Shown here: piece by piece, positions 24,801 through 37,341 of the stretch
Position numbering within the stretch: the stretch's first letter is position 1
How the letters are laid out: each line of letters opens with the position of its first letter
Origin: Neoechinorhynchus agilis
Lineage: Eukaryota; Animalia; Acanthocephala
Length of the DNA: 64,000 bases
Assembly (NCBI GenBank): GCA_051530055.1
Contig: CM121343.1
Coordinates: 5,922,389 to 5,986,388 of the forward strand
Direction: 5' to 3'
The notes under the pieces: generated by a model
What the model saw: the letters and a program-made list of their open reading frames with translations, nothing else
The model's database searches: none
Told to the model about the DNA's origin: nothing
Translations under genes and position numbers: made by a program

Positions 24801-27800
24801 CGTTGATTTAGATTCCATTCGTTATGATCTAGCCACTGTTCGCAATGCCTCAAATCCTCTTGCTGCTCTTTAGTCTCAACTAGTGCCTCTTGTACATTTA
24901 ATAGGCGGTTGTCAACAAATCTAAAAGCCGCGCTCCATCGATCCAATACTTTTTCGAGTTTAGATGCCATTGATCTGTCGGTTTGTTCGTACCTTCCGTT
25001 ATGATTTCCGTCACAGTCAACTAGCACCAACTTTTGTAGCTCACTAGTAAGCTTTTGTTTGCTCTCGAGCTTTCTCTGAATGCTTTGAAGGGTATTCATT
25101 TGCTCCTTAAGCATTTTGTAGCTCGCTGGCAGTTTATTAAGGTTCAGCAGCTCGCTTTCTATGGTATCAATAAATCGGTCTAGATTGACGATCTCGTCCT
25201 TTTGCATCTTTTGCAACTTGTCTTGCAGGCTAAGTAAAGTAATAAGCACGTTCAGATCAGAATTCAACTCACAAATGTTGTTGACTCATGGCGTCATTTC
25301 GAATGAGTTCCCAGCTAACACTAATTGAATGCATTAACGACTTCACTTTCTTTTGGTCCTTCTGGGAAGTATCTGGTCGATTAAGAATCCTCGTGCCGTT
25401 AATCAACGCAGACTCGATCTCATTTTGGAGGTTAGTTAAACGGAGCATTTTTTCCTGTGAACCGTGTAACGCAATCGAAGTCCCAATACAAATATCACCT
25501 ACTTCGTTCAATCTAAATTGCTCTTTCGCGGTGACCAGGTCAAGCTGAATTTTGTTTATCGTGTTTTTAGAGGCCTCCTTATTGCTCTTTGCGAGACTTT
25601 CGATAAGTTGAGAAGACACTTCAATCCAAACATCGACTGTAGAGGAAGATCGCGATTGGTTGTCCATATCCTATACTCAAAATGAGGTGAAATTTCAATG
25701 CGTAAGCTGCACTAACTACCGAGTGAAAAAGTAGTTTCAGAGAAGTGGCGCTCAAAGAAGTCATTTGCGTTCGCTTACTCATTTGCTCACGCAAAGTGTT
25801 CGCCCCCATTTTTAAAATTTGAATTATTTCTATCATGGAAATCAGTGAGCATAACTATAAAGCTAAATACGGCTGCACAGTTTTATGTGCAGGTTCGTAG
25901 GGTTTTCGATGACAAGAATTTATCATAAAGTATATCATCCATAGGATCCAGAACCCTAAACCAGCGCGAACCTATACATCGCAGATAATGGCTTTTTTTA
26001 GTCTGAAAACTAAAAAGATTGTTTTCAGTGTAGTTCATCTAGCAGTCCCTAACTATAAAATACCTTTTTCCTCTCAACATAAGTATACTTGCAAAGCCTT
26101 CTATACTGGGATGTTAATGAACCGACAGAAAAATTGCTTTAACGAACCCAAATGAGAAACATTCTACTACCGTCTACGTGTCGAACAAAAAAAATGCAAC
26201 TAGGGCATAAAATCAAACTTTGTATTGCTTCAGTCACCTCGAATTCTACGCTCACCTTCGATGGCACATCACTTATTTTTTCTTTATTGGTTAAGGGTCG
26301 AGACTGAAGGAATGACATAACGTATGTCATAATGGACTTACTATCCGGCGGATGTTTTTCAAAATCTAAAGCTCATATTCCATAAATCTAGCGTAATATC
26401 AGCTAACCTTCAGAATCCAATATGCGTTCTATTCCATAATGCTGGTTCGCCAATTTAAAAGCGAGGTCCAATCTATCTTTAGCTGAAATGCTTTCTACAA
26501 CTGTACTGTAATTGAATAATCGTGGATTCTTGTAGTGCACAAGTCCTAGAAAAGCCCGGCCATCTTGCCAACTATTTGAAAAGTCCGTTATTCGTAAATC
26601 GTCATACCTCAATAGTTAGACTAACGAACAGATCTTTAAATGTATTACACCTACCCACTTAGCTCATGACTACACCACTCTAGCAAAGCTCTCTCAACTG
26701 TTTCCATATCAAAGCTAACCTTTGCATCCTTCAATACTCGGTTCACCTTCAATTTTTTTGGTCCGCTGTGTAGATTCCCTAGGTGGATATTAACATACCT
26801 GCCAATTTAGAATAATTGACCATATCAATGCTAGAGTTAGTTTCTTATTTCCTTCGGCGATATCATTACTATCCACATTGACCAGTTTCACCTTGAGTTT
26901 TCGTAGGTTTGCGTTACCTTAATCCACCCAGAACTTACACCTTGGTCTCTAATAACTTCTAGGACTTTATTGATATTCTCAATGTGATGAACTCTTAGAT
27001 TCCCGATCTCCGGTTTCTAACAGGCAATAATCAAAATAATCAAATCATTAGGCTCACGATATCAATATTGGTCAATCTGCTAATCAATCGTATCAACACA
27101 CGACCATCACGAAGATCATGAAATAAATGACGGACAACAGACGAACTCTGCAATTGTGAACGGCAAATGTGGTCTTTTGAACAATTGACTGACGCACACA
27201 ACCCACCTCTCCGTGCAATTGTACATTTATCCATTTTGTGAAAGTCTTTTCTTGAACGTCCTCTCTTTCGTCTAAATGAAAAATGAACTTTGATGTTAGC
27301 CCGATGTACTACCCTACATTTCTTCGCCATGCCAACTAGAAAATATTATGACAAAAGAGATTGACACCGCCGTAGAAAAGTGTAATGCAACCTTATTTTC
27401 TTGGCCTTCTACGAGCACTCACACTTTTAATACCCGCTTACACTATAAGAAACCAAACACTTGCAATTCGCGTTTGAGTGCGATATTTTAAAAACGCCTT
27501 TGACTCTCCAGTTCGGCGTTTTAGTTAGAGCTATCAGGTAGTGTTTACCGACGAAAGGTAGCCAGTAGTTTTGACGTGATAAAAGTTAGGTTCGGATCTC
27601 CTAAAAAATAGAAAGTAGGTTGTACGTGTAGCGGCCGCCATTATTGAATCATGGTAATTGGAAAACATCAAAATCAATAAAAAGAAAGTGTTACTCATTG
27701 CTATAAAGTTTCCCCACGTAATATATTTTGCTTGTTAGTGGCCCCTTTAGACCGAACTTTGTAAGCTCCATGCCGAGGCTGTCCGACACTTAGAGCACAC

Positions 27801-28227
27801 GACTCGAGATCTTTGCGGTCATTTCTAACAATGTACTTTTTAGAGCGAATATACAGAGTAGTTCGCATTGTACTAATGATAGCTGTTGACTAGCGGTACA
27901 TTCGCGAGTTATACATGAATGTTCATTAGGCTCACAAGTTATCAAAGTAACATACCAAACAATATTTGCATTTGTGATAAAATGCTGCTTCTTTTTTGAG
28001 TGTGAAAGGGAAAGTGTTGCCCAATTCTGGCACTGGTCTGCCCACAGCAAGAAATTGTGACGGGAGTCCCGTCACTCTAAGAGTGCGTTATTGAGCGAAA
28101 CTCTAAGGACGTATTGATCCGCGCAATTACCTCTTCGTTCGATTATTTTAGCTTGATACTGTTCATATTCCGATTGGTTTTGCGATGATTCAGCTGCCAG
28201 CAATGACTTTATGAGTACGTCGATCAT
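15887..28227 (-). CDS. dys: Dystrophin/utrophin-family protein, N-terminal half only in this window (tandem CH actin-binding domain, spectrin repeats, low-complexity tail)
   Basis: CH1 [19 protein letters not shown]...[11 protein letters not shown]; CH2 [24 protein letters not shown]...[10 protein letters not shown]; dystrophin-type repeats such as [38 protein letters not shown]...FNDLGARVT. The last long exon ends at the stop at 15887. Confidence 0.85.
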
Positions 28228-28836
28228 GTCCGACGTCTTCTGCGCTCCTCAAATAGTTCCACTTAGTTGTCTGTAGAAGGTGAACTTCAAGAATCGCTAA
28301 TGGGCCATGGTTCTATCTTTCTCTCTCCACCTCTCACGGATGTGCAGGAGTTGCGTGCATGCGAGGGTGTTAGTCAGTAGAAGTGCGCATTTTTCGAGTG
28401 TTCACTCTCTCTTCGCACTGTTCCCTTTTTCCTCACAATGTCTCTCCCGCCCGCATCAGGGTGACAAAGGCCTTGTTCAGAAATGAGAGATCCGGAGCGT
28501 CATCTATTCATTCCCAAATATTGGAATATCCAAACAACGACGAGACTGTTTGTACAGTCGCCCATTCACAAAACAACCAACCAAACACACACCCACACCG
28601 ACGGTGAGAGAGAGACAACCACCAGTTTCATCTTCAGTAGCCATTTCACTCACTCCGAAAAACATTACTACCTACTGTAGAACATCATCTTTTGAGCTTT
28701 GCTCATGAACTTCCATTTTGATTCATTCATTTTGACGCTTTTGACACCGTCATATATTTCGATCTCCTTGTGAAAATTAACAACCCGTCTTTTTATTTCC
28801 ATTCCGTCGGGCATCAGATTTTCCCATGAACCATCA

Positions 28837-29235
28837 ATATCGGTAGGTATATTGTTGGAAGGCTGAATCGTCCTGTCCATAACTCGCAAACAAAAAAGGC
28901 AGCAGAATGGTATGGCAGTCGAAAAATGAATGAATACGAACACAGCTTAATTGATTTTCCGCCAATTCCCGAGACTGGGTTGACGGGCTTTAAATATGAA
29001 CAAAGCTGAACTTCGTACAAGAGACGAAATACCCTTTTCACTATTTAAAGGATAATCCTGACTATCTCAATGCTCATATTTAAAGCCCTTCACTCCAGCC
29101 TGGAGAATCGGCGGCAAATCAATAAGCTGTGTTCATATTGATTCATTTTTCGACTACCATACCATTCTGATGCCTGTTTTGTTTGCGAGTTATGGACAGG
29201 ACGATTCAGCCTTCCAACGATATACCTACCGATAT
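28837..29235. repeat. Long imperfect inverted repeat (arms about 28837-29002 and 29071-29235, spacer about 68 nt)
   Basis: ATATCGGTAGGTATATTGTTGGAAGGCTGAATCGTCCTGTCCATAACTCGCAAAC... on + is mirrored by ...GTTTGCGAGTTATGGACAGGACGATTCAGCCTTCCAACGATATACCTACCGATAT. Confidence 0.92.
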
Positions 29236-29494
29236 GACGGAACGTGAATGCTTCTCCATCTCGTGCGTATTGAGACTTTTGGTTGTTTTTGTTGTAATAG
29301 TTCGCATGAGGGCTATAGTAACCGGGGGTTTCGTTGACCGAAGCAAACGCCGGCAGGGATTCATAGGACCAATATTGTCGCTGGATTCGCTGCGGCGGCG
29401 ACATCGACTGGGGTCCTCTTGTAGCGTACGAATTACGGAAATTCCTTCTATTTCTTGGCATGTCTGAAATGGATTTGCGCTTTTTTGTTACCAA
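29090..29494 (-). CDS. Hypothetical basic, low-complexity protein (134 aa ORF, probably frameshifted near its 3' end)
   Basis: ORF with protein-like composition downstream of a GC-richer, motif-rich region (29600-29870, TGACGTCA). No recognisable domain. Confidence 0.35.
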   Translation of the reverse strand: MVTKKRKSISDMPRNRRNFRNSYATRGPQSMSPPQRIQRQYWSYESLPAFASVNETPGYYSPHANYYNKNNQKSQYARDGEAFTFRHIGRYIVGRLNRPVHNSQTKQASEWYGSRKMNQYEHSLLICRRFSRLE

Positions 29495-30476
29495 TATTTT
29501 AGACTAAAATAACCCGGTGGAGTAGAACGACTACTAAGTTTAACAAAAGCGATTCTATAATGTCTCAGTTGCTTAAATATTCACGATACGACTGAGGAAT
29601 AGGCGTAGCAATGCCGGCACCGTCTCTAGCGATTACCATAGCCAGCACCACCGCCGTCGCATTTCATCATCAACCGGATAATTGTGTGCGTGCGCAACCG
29701 CAAATACGTGTACGAACTACTAAATAAACCGCAAACACGATCGATAAGCGACGTCATTGATTGCGTCATGACGAACGGTTTGAGCTGCAGGGCGAGAAAA
29801 GTGCAACTTGCGATTTACGCATCTTTTGATGATGACGTCACAAATGCGCATATAAAATGACACGACGACGAAAAGGAATCGAACTTCTTGTCTGATCGAT
29901 TAAGGACGCCACTATTTTGCACCTTCGGGGCCATTTGTGGCAGCTTTTTCACTTAAGCTTCTTCAAATGTAACGTTATAAGTTTTTACGATCGGCCAAAT
30001 GATAAAGATCATTGCCAAATGGAAAGGCTTCTAAAGTGTTCATTGCACGCAACGATGAATCATAGAGCCCCGTTTTATGATGTTCTTAAAAATACGTCTA
30101 ATCTTAGAAGACGTCCACCTCCGGCGCATTTGTACCAATGAGTCTCGCATAAGTCTTATCATCAAACGTGTCTGAATGTCGCAATCGTTTAGAGACGAGT
30201 TTGATTTCTCTTAAAACGCCACCATAGTTGCCATGCCTTGTGTAAAAACCTTCCGAATGGAAAAACTCTTGTGTATTCTTAGTTAAAGATAAAATCCATG
30301 AGTACGTGACAGTGGTTAAAAAAATATATATCAAACACTGACTTTAATTGAAATATTTCGTCCAATCACACTGAACTTCTTCAGTAGTCATTCTTTGATA
30401 TAATTTTCCCCCACTTCCACATATTCTTGTGTATTCGTGGAGTTTGATAAATAGTTACCGGCCATAAAAAAATTTT

Positions 30477-30703
30477 GCTCACTATTTTGTCCCCTTTGGG
30501 GTAGAGACGTATGGAGCGCTCGGCACTCTCTCTGCTCCAGGATCTCTCAAAGAAACTTGGAGAAACGACCAGCGACGCACGAGAAGGCGTGTATTCCTTC
30601 GACAAAATATCTCGCTGGCAGTACAACGAGGCAATGCTGCCAGCGTGATGGCGACGGTCGAGGAAGGACAAAAGCTGGAATTTGGCGGGAGGTGGTGAGT
30701 GTG
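30477..30703 (+). mobile_element. Second, shorter 3' fragment of the same CRE-clade element as 8285-8842
   Basis: Near-identical to 8617-8842 (CACTATTTTGTCCCCTTTGGGGTAGAGACG...GGTGGTGAGTGTG). Confidence 0.88.
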
Positions 30704-31742
30704 CTTCAAACAGATTGTTTGAATTGTTAAAAATATGTTGGTAAATTTTTTTACAGTTTTAGAATTTCATCCAATTTCTGCGATCAAACATAAACAGCGG
30801 ACATTTTCTAGTTTGGAAAGGCGGATTACAATAGAAATTTCACCATCATTCGAGAAAGCTAGGCAACATGAATATTCGGGAACGTGCTAAATCACGTAAA
30901 AATTGGGGAAATAACTAAAAATGTAATGTTAAAGGAACTTTCAAAGATCCATAGTACGAAATTAAGTATTTTTTGAGCTATAAAACTTTTTTATTTTGCG
31001 AATTCGGTCTATTGTTAATCGCGAATGAAACACTTTAGCAATATTTTGACTTGTGGTGAAGATAATCTCTGTTAAAAAATATTTTATTGTTCTGAAACAT
31101 TTCGACAGAGAGTAAACCTCGATTCAAGACGAAGGTCTACGTGAAGGCCGAAAATTATCAAAAACACCATAAAAAAGTTAAAATGATGAACTTCAAATTG
31201 TTAAACCATTCGAGAGAAGATAGCCAACCGAAATTATTAAGCCAATGCGGTGAAGATCTTCGCCGTTCTCATTGAAGTTCTGAGCGTTCGATATCGTAAC
31301 TTCTTTTATGAAGATTCGTAAATGCGAAAAACATCAGCAAGTGTGATAAAATGAGGCAAATAGTTCCAAATTGGTGAAAACAAATAATTGCTGCGAAGCG
31401 ATTTTTAGCCTAATTATTTGTAAGCTAACAAAAAACGTTGGATAAGTATTTGTGGGTATCGGCGGAACCGTTGATCCAATGTGCAATTCAAGTGGCAAAA
31501 GCGTAGGTTCGTAATTCACGTTTGAACGCGAAATCAAAGAAGCTCTCAAACACACACTTTTTAATCGTAAGAGAGAGAGGATGCGGCGGCACGGTAGTAA
31601 CTGAAAGAATCTTTTGTCTTGGTTTTGTAATTGAAATGATCGTTTTGAAGACAACGAGGACACGAATTGTAACTCCCTGGACATAGTTGGGAATATCCGC
31701 CCTCCCTCTTGCGTGTGCGCGCATCACCCTCCACGGTCGTCA

Positions 31743-32429
31743 TTATCTATTTCGGCCCGATTCCGGGCACTGGGTGGATATGTGACCAACTCCACCGCAG
31801 TTGTAGCAGCTAATGTCGCCGTTGCGGTCTCCACCACGCCCACTGCCGTCATTGAGAGGGCAATTCCGAGCAATATGTGAGGTATCTCTGCAGATAAAGC
31901 ACGCTCTTTTCGCATCTCCAACAGGCGATCCAGGATTCATTATACTATTGGTTGGTCTAAACGTTCTACCAGCGGGCATTTCCGCCGGATCTGTTGAAGT
32001 ACAATCCTTAGCGATGTGACCAGGACGATTGCATCTATAGCAAGTCTCTTCGGTCTGTTCACATTCCCTAGCGAAATGCCCGTTACGGTTGCACCTATAG
32101 CATCTGATTGGTCTGCCTCTACCGAAAGAAGCAAATCGTTGTGTTGGTTGATCTTCCGGACAATCTCGGCTAAGATGGCCAACTTTGTCGCAGTTGTAGC
32201 ATCGTCTATCACTTCCGTTCCCACTACGTTGTTGTCTCACGGCCATAGTGCCCATCGATGAGGATCCACCTCCTTGATTCATTTCACACTGAGCCGCAAT
32301 GTGACCGGGTTGGTTACAACGGTAACACAAGAGGTCTCCGCGCGATCGTGCCGGCCGTTCAGATGGTGGAAGGCCGCAATCACGGGCATAATGACCCATG
32401 TCACCGCAGCGGAAACACAATACGTTCAT
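31743..32429 (-). CDS. CNBP: CNBP/Gis2-type CCHC zinc-knuckle nucleic-acid-binding protein, 228 aa, 7 knuckles
   Basis: Seven CX2CX4HX4C motifs (CFRCGDMGHYARDC to CYNCGGVGHISTQC) with RG-rich linkers. ATG at 32429 follows a TTCTAG acceptor. Confidence 0.9.
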   Translation of the reverse strand: MNVLCFRCGDMGHYARDCGLPPSERPARSRGDLLCYRCNQPGHIAAQCEMNQGGGSSSMGTMAVRQQRSGNGSDRRCYNCDKVGHLSRDCPEDQPTQRFASFGRGRPIRCYRCNRNGHFARECEQTEETCYRCNRPGHIAKDCTSTDPAEMPAGRTFRPTNSIMNPGSPVGDAKRACFICRDTSHIARNCPLNDGSGRGGDRNGDISCYNCGGVGHISTQCPESGRNR

Positions 32430-33568
32430 CGTCTTAGCCTCTAGAACAAGAAAGCGAAATGCGATAACCACCACCCACCGCCACCACCACCAATGTGAAA
32501 GCGTCGAGCACCCGAACCATTCGACGCACTCGCGATTACGACGACGACGACGCAGCGAAATGCGCGTGCCAACATCGTCAGCATAGAAGGAACATTTCGA
32601 CACGGAAGAATCACACATTGTGACGTCTTAAAACATGCGGGCACCAGGCAACGTTCGGATAGTTGCGAAAAACGTACAAATGTAAACGTACCGACAAAGA
32701 TAGCAACTAATTTAACGTGAACAAATCCACAAGATCTGTGAGTGACAATCTCACGTGCACGGCTAATCTTCACATCTTCAACCATCCCCTAAACCCACTC
32801 CCTACCTTCCAACAAACTTACCAATCAATGAAGTGACAAATTGCGACGCAGCTCTAAACTGTAGTAGTAGTCGTCGCCGACGACGACGATGGTCGTTAGT
32901 GCATAAAATCAGGAAGAATCTGCGTGGGATCATTTTAAATGACGCAACGGAAAGACATCGCTTTTTTGCACTCTCAAACTTAATTCATATTTATTTTGGC
33001 TTATATTTCTCGAAAACTACGCATTATTTTCCCTCATCATTTCATTTCTCTGAGTTTTTCCACTTAAACCTGTATTTCGTGTTTGTAAGTGGAGACGCCA
33101 TTGTCGGAGTACCCATTTAATTCAAATTGAATTTCTTATTCGACAATGAACCAATTTAAAAAAAATCCATTAATCTCTTTTAGAACTAAAATGGCGTATA
33201 AATTGTCTAGGCCTTGAATTTAAATGAAAACCCGAACGTATTTTATGCAACTCTTGGACATTTCGAATTTATATCATTAAAATTAGGATTGAAAAATTAT
33301 ATTGTATCGAGAACATGTCTTCAGCAAAAGTTTATTGCAACGATCTTAAATTTTTGTTTAACGCGATCATACACCAAGACCTCTAGATTTTATTATCGGT
33401 GTGCTACGTGGTCAAAATCGTTTAAAATGTGAAATCAATTACACATCGGCAGTACGTTTAAGTGTTTGTTGGTTGAGTATTTAAATACGAACGCAAAGTA
33501 TTTGAAATTTTTTTAAAACCACGGTCACGTAGTGTGAATCAGTTTTATAAAAATCAAAGCGAGATCAA

Positions 33569-35959
33569 ATGGATGCGAGTAGGAATGTCGAAAATGAAAT
33601 ACAAATGATGTCGTTTACAATCGAAGCTGATCGTTTGATTGAGATGAGCAATCGACAACGGCAGCTACGGTATGGTTCATGTATTCACGATTTTAAAATT
33701 CGAGTAAAGCGCTCCCTTTGTTCGGGCAACTTGAAACTCGATCTATTCGGTAAGTTGGAGGATCTTAAAAGAGGTCGGAAGTACTTACTCTGTGAATTGG
33801 CAAAGCCTGAAAGTGTGGCGATCCCAGAATCCATTCCTGCATATATTGCAGAATCAAGCTTTAAGCCAAAGTTGAAAGATCTAGAAGATGAGTACGGATG
33901 CAGTTTGAATTTCGTCTTGGATGGAAGAGTGGTATTGGTTAATTCTCCGAGTTATAACAAAATAGTGTTTGAAAAGCTCAATTCTATGATAGCGCAGGAA
34001 TCGATGTTTTGCGACGAAGTGATCGAGGTGAAAAATGCGCTCGTTGCGTGGATTAATGGACCTTTTGGTAAAACCAAGAAGGAGATTGTTTCTTCTACAG
34101 GTTTATCCCATTTAACGTTGAATTCGGTCGAAGGCGGCAAAATAATCGTACGAGGAGATGAAAAGTCAAGAGAGTCAGCCAAAAAGGTAATTCAGGAAAT
34201 CACTGATAAGTATAAGAGCTATTTGATCAGTGCACTACGGTTAACTGAACCCCAATTGGAATACTTGTTCAAGAATCAGTCGAATGTGGTTGATCATATT
34301 CTTGAACAATGCGACGTCAACATACAATTCGATTTCGTCAAAAACGGGCTGAAATCTGCATCTTTGGTTCACAAAGATAATGAATCGTTTGAAAAGGCTA
34401 AGAAGGCCATCATCGAAATGGCTGAAAAGATTGAAAGCGAAACAATACCCGTTAGACCTGGATATAGCCAATATTTCGCCAAAGTGGCTATGCTTAGACA
34501 ACAGCGGCCCAATGGCTTCGAATTCCATGTTGCCTCCGACCGAGCAGTCACAATGAAAGGTCCAGCATGCGATATGCGACGATGTAAAACCAAAGCTCTC
34601 GCATATTTCAAAGTTATAGGCCAAACTTTAAGCATTAGTCAAATAGCGATGGAACCGGAGACACGACCGATGTTTGTTGATGAAAATAACTTGTTTATTG
34701 GTAAATATGGTAAATTCAGCGATTGTTACGGATGGTATGAATATAAATCTAAGAAACTGAAGATAATTGGACCTTATCAATCACTTCATGTACTAATGCG
34801 GGATTTGAAGGGAGACGCAAGACGAACTCAATTCGCTACTGAGCTTAATCTTGATCCAGTTAATTATCCTCAACTGATCGGTCATCGTGGTGCCAATGTA
34901 CAGCGATTACGGGAGCAATACAAAGTGAATGTGATTGTCCCTTCTCGAAGTGATCCTCCCACGGCTAAAGTCATTGTCTTAGGCGAAAAGGCCAACGTGG
35001 AGCTATGCCGGGATAGGATATTGGCGAGTATCGAAAATAAACCCGGAAATGTGGTTAAACAATCATTAGCTGTTCCCAAGTGCTTCCGTGGGGCTGTTAT
35101 TGGTCCGAACGGTATCACAATAAGGGCCATAAGAGAACATACTCATGTGACCATAAAGGTCCCATTGGCGGATGAACCCGACGGTGAACCAGTCGTTATT
35201 CAGGGTACGATTGATAACGTAAAAGCGGCAGTAATTCGTATTGAGGAGATATTGTCCACGTTGAAGATTAGAGCATTAGAAATACCGGTGAATAGACTGA
35301 ATTATTTCGTGAATCGACAGCAAAGAATCAAATCGCTTTTCCTCGGGAATCAAAGTGGTCTCCGAGTTGAATCTACTGAGGTTCGTAATAAATTCATAGT
35401 GCATGGTCCTGGCGATGCTGTTGATCGTTTTATGCTCAATATCGAAAAAGAAATCGATAAGACCAAACAGCAACCGGAAAGCATAACCAATCAGCGACAA
35501 AGATTGGATAATACCGGAGTGAGATCGGGTGAAGATGAACATGGATTGGTTTTTCGACCTTCGACAATAGGTGCAGTGCGGCGACAACCAGGAAGGAGGT
35601 ATATCAGAGGTACAATAGTTAAACATTTTATTATAAATTCTCAGACTATTCCTCGACTGATCGGTCGCCAAGGAACTGCTATCAACCACTTTCAATATGA
35701 ACATAACGTCAGAGTACGCTTCGGAGCCTTTGAGGATCGACCGGAAGTTGTTGAAGTGAGCGGATACAGCATGGAGCAAGTTGAATTAGCAATCGAAGAC
35801 CTAATTGCTCTTTCCATTAATATGGAACGCAATACGTTCATAAGTTTTAACCAAATAATGAACTCAACAGTACAGCGGGAAGTGTCGACATCAGCAGCAG
35901 CGGCACAAATTCCAAATATCAATACAATGGATGATTTTCCTCAATTATCCAATGTTTGA
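33569..35959 (+). CDS. Intronless multi-KH-domain protein, divergent vigilin-like, 796 aa
   Basis: GxxG KH loops LIGHRGANVQRL, VIGPNGITIRAI, LIGRQGTAINHF and INGPFGKTKKEI, plus degenerate repeats. The C-terminus PNINTMDDFPQL resembles the vigilin tail. Confidence 0.75.
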   Translation: MDASRNVENEIQMMSFTIEADRLIEMSNRQRQLRYGSCIHDFKIRVKRSLCSGNLKLDLFGKLEDLKRGRKYLLCELAKPESVAIPESIPAYIAESSFKPKLKDLEDEYGCSLNFVLDGRVVLVNSPSYNKIVFEKLNSMIAQESMFCDEVIEVKNALVAWINGPFGKTKKEIVSSTGLSHLTLNSVEGGKIIVRGDEKSRESAKKVIQEITDKYKSYLISALRLTEPQLEYLFKNQSNVVDHILEQCDVNIQFDFVKNGLKSASLVHKDNESFEKAKKAIIEMAEKIESETIPVRPGYSQYFAKVAMLRQQRPNGFEFHVASDRAVTMKGPACDMRRCKTKALAYFKVIGQTLSISQIAMEPETRPMFVDENNLFIGKYGKFSDCYGWYEYKSKKLKIIGPYQSLHVLMRDLKGDARRTQFATELNLDPVNYPQLIGHRGANVQRLREQYKVNVIVPSRSDPPTAKVIVLGEKANVELCRDRILASIENKPGNVVKQSLAVPKCFRGAVIGPNGITIRAIREHTHVTIKVPLADEPDGEPVVIQGTIDNVKAAVIRIEEILSTLKIRALEIPVNRLNYFVNRQQRIKSLFLGNQSGLRVESTEVRNKFIVHGPGDAVDRFMLNIEKEIDKTKQQPESITNQRQRLDNTGVRSGEDEHGLVFRPSTIGAVRRQPGRRYIRGTIVKHFIINSQTIPRLIGRQGTAINHFQYEHNVRVRFGAFEDRPEVVEVSGYSMEQVELAIEDLIALSINMERNTFISFNQIMNSTVQREVSTSAAAAQIPNINTMDDFPQLSNV

Positions 35960-36765
35960 GCTGAAAGCGGATTTAAGATACCTCAATTTTAATGGACGAA
36001 TTGCTTAATTCGTGCGTTCGGGCTTTTTAATTTTGAAAGAATAGCGCTTTTTTGTTCTTTTATTAACCATGTCAGCTGAAGAAATATAATAATATCGTTG
36101 CTTAAATACTTTTAGTTGCCAAGAAATCCACTGCTTGAGCTTCACATTCTATCACTCAAAGATGTACAGTCCTTCAGTTCCGATTTCCCGTCGAAATAAG
36201 AATATTTAAAGAGATTATACTTTTATGGGTGCTCGTTGTGAAATTTAAAAAAACAATCACTTCGGTACAGTCATTTGCGAATTCGAGTAACCATCTCTGA
36301 ATGCTTCTGATAAGTTTTTCGATCAATTTGTTGTGAAATTCTCACTTATTCCATCTTTAAAGTACATTGCGATTGTTGAATTTTTTCTACGTTTCCACAT
36401 AAATGCTCGATTTCTGAATGACCATCACAATATCGAGTTTGAGAGCTGCATGGACTTCACAATAAACGAAAAGCTTTCCAAAGTCACGAATTGATTTCTT
36501 TAATATCTGATGGCCTAAAATGGCGATTTGTTAAAACGAAGAATAACAGCAACTTAGAAAAACAAGGATCGTGTAAGAAATTTATAAGCGATTTTAAACA
36601 TCTCGTGATCGAATTATGGAACAAACATAAAAAATAAACAATAAATACCCGGTGAGCTCTTAATTAACCTCTTCTGAACGTTACGAATACACAAATTCAT
36701 TTTTTTGGTTCGTGTATCTGATGCGATGGAACACTTCAAAACTGTTAAGATCTCAAGTTAGAAGA

Positions 36766-36816
36766 GCATTGCGGTGCAGCGGGGCAATGCGGCTAGCATT
36801 TTGGCCAGCGCCGATG
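36766..36816 (+). mobile_element. 51-bp fragment of a second CRE-like family (IAVQRGNAASILASAD)
   Basis: Encodes the conserved C-terminal QRGNA motif. An exact inverted copy lies at 55236-55286. Confidence 0.65.
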
Positions 36817-37341
36817 AATAGGGGCGTCGAAGAAACTATAAATTATGTATGCTTGAAAAAAAATGCAAAATTTGTCTAAAAAAATTACCTAAATATTTAT
36901 AAAATAAATAATTTTATGGAAAAAAAATTTAAGAAATTTCGATCGCGCAGAAGATGTCGTTGGTTTAGTAGACGTGGTCATCGCGAAAATTGGGAATTGT
37001 AATCAAGGTTTTTTCATTGTGGTAGATTAGCCCAATTTCACTGTCATTTCACTGAAAAGTTCAAGCATATCAGAGAAGAGTACATTACCTTCGGATTGCT
37101 TTTGACAAAATCTGTAGCATTTCCATTGATCGATGCGGCACACTAAGGTATATCACGCGAAGGTAATAGACATCGACTGTTCTTAATTTGCCCTGGACGA
37201 AGTCTGAATGGATTTTGAATGCAGATTTTTCAGGAATCAAATGGCATTTCCACAAGTGCAAATATTCTTGTAGGCGAAGTTAAGTTCGATTATTTCCAAT
37301 CATATCCTTAATATCTTTTAAAATCGAGACAAAATGTATAC

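Noticed and set aside
31112-31150. GACGAAGGTC...GGCCGAAA, reminiscent of Penelope-type hammerheads; related CGAAACGTC on the minus strand near 55660
   Set aside because: CTGANGA is missing and there is no supported stem I or III. At most these are decayed remnants.
32430-32618. 63-aa N-terminal extension of the CNBP ORF
   Set aside because: It is a translation of microsatellite-rich intron or UTR sequence upstream of a TTCTAG acceptor. The ATG at 32429 fits CNBP.
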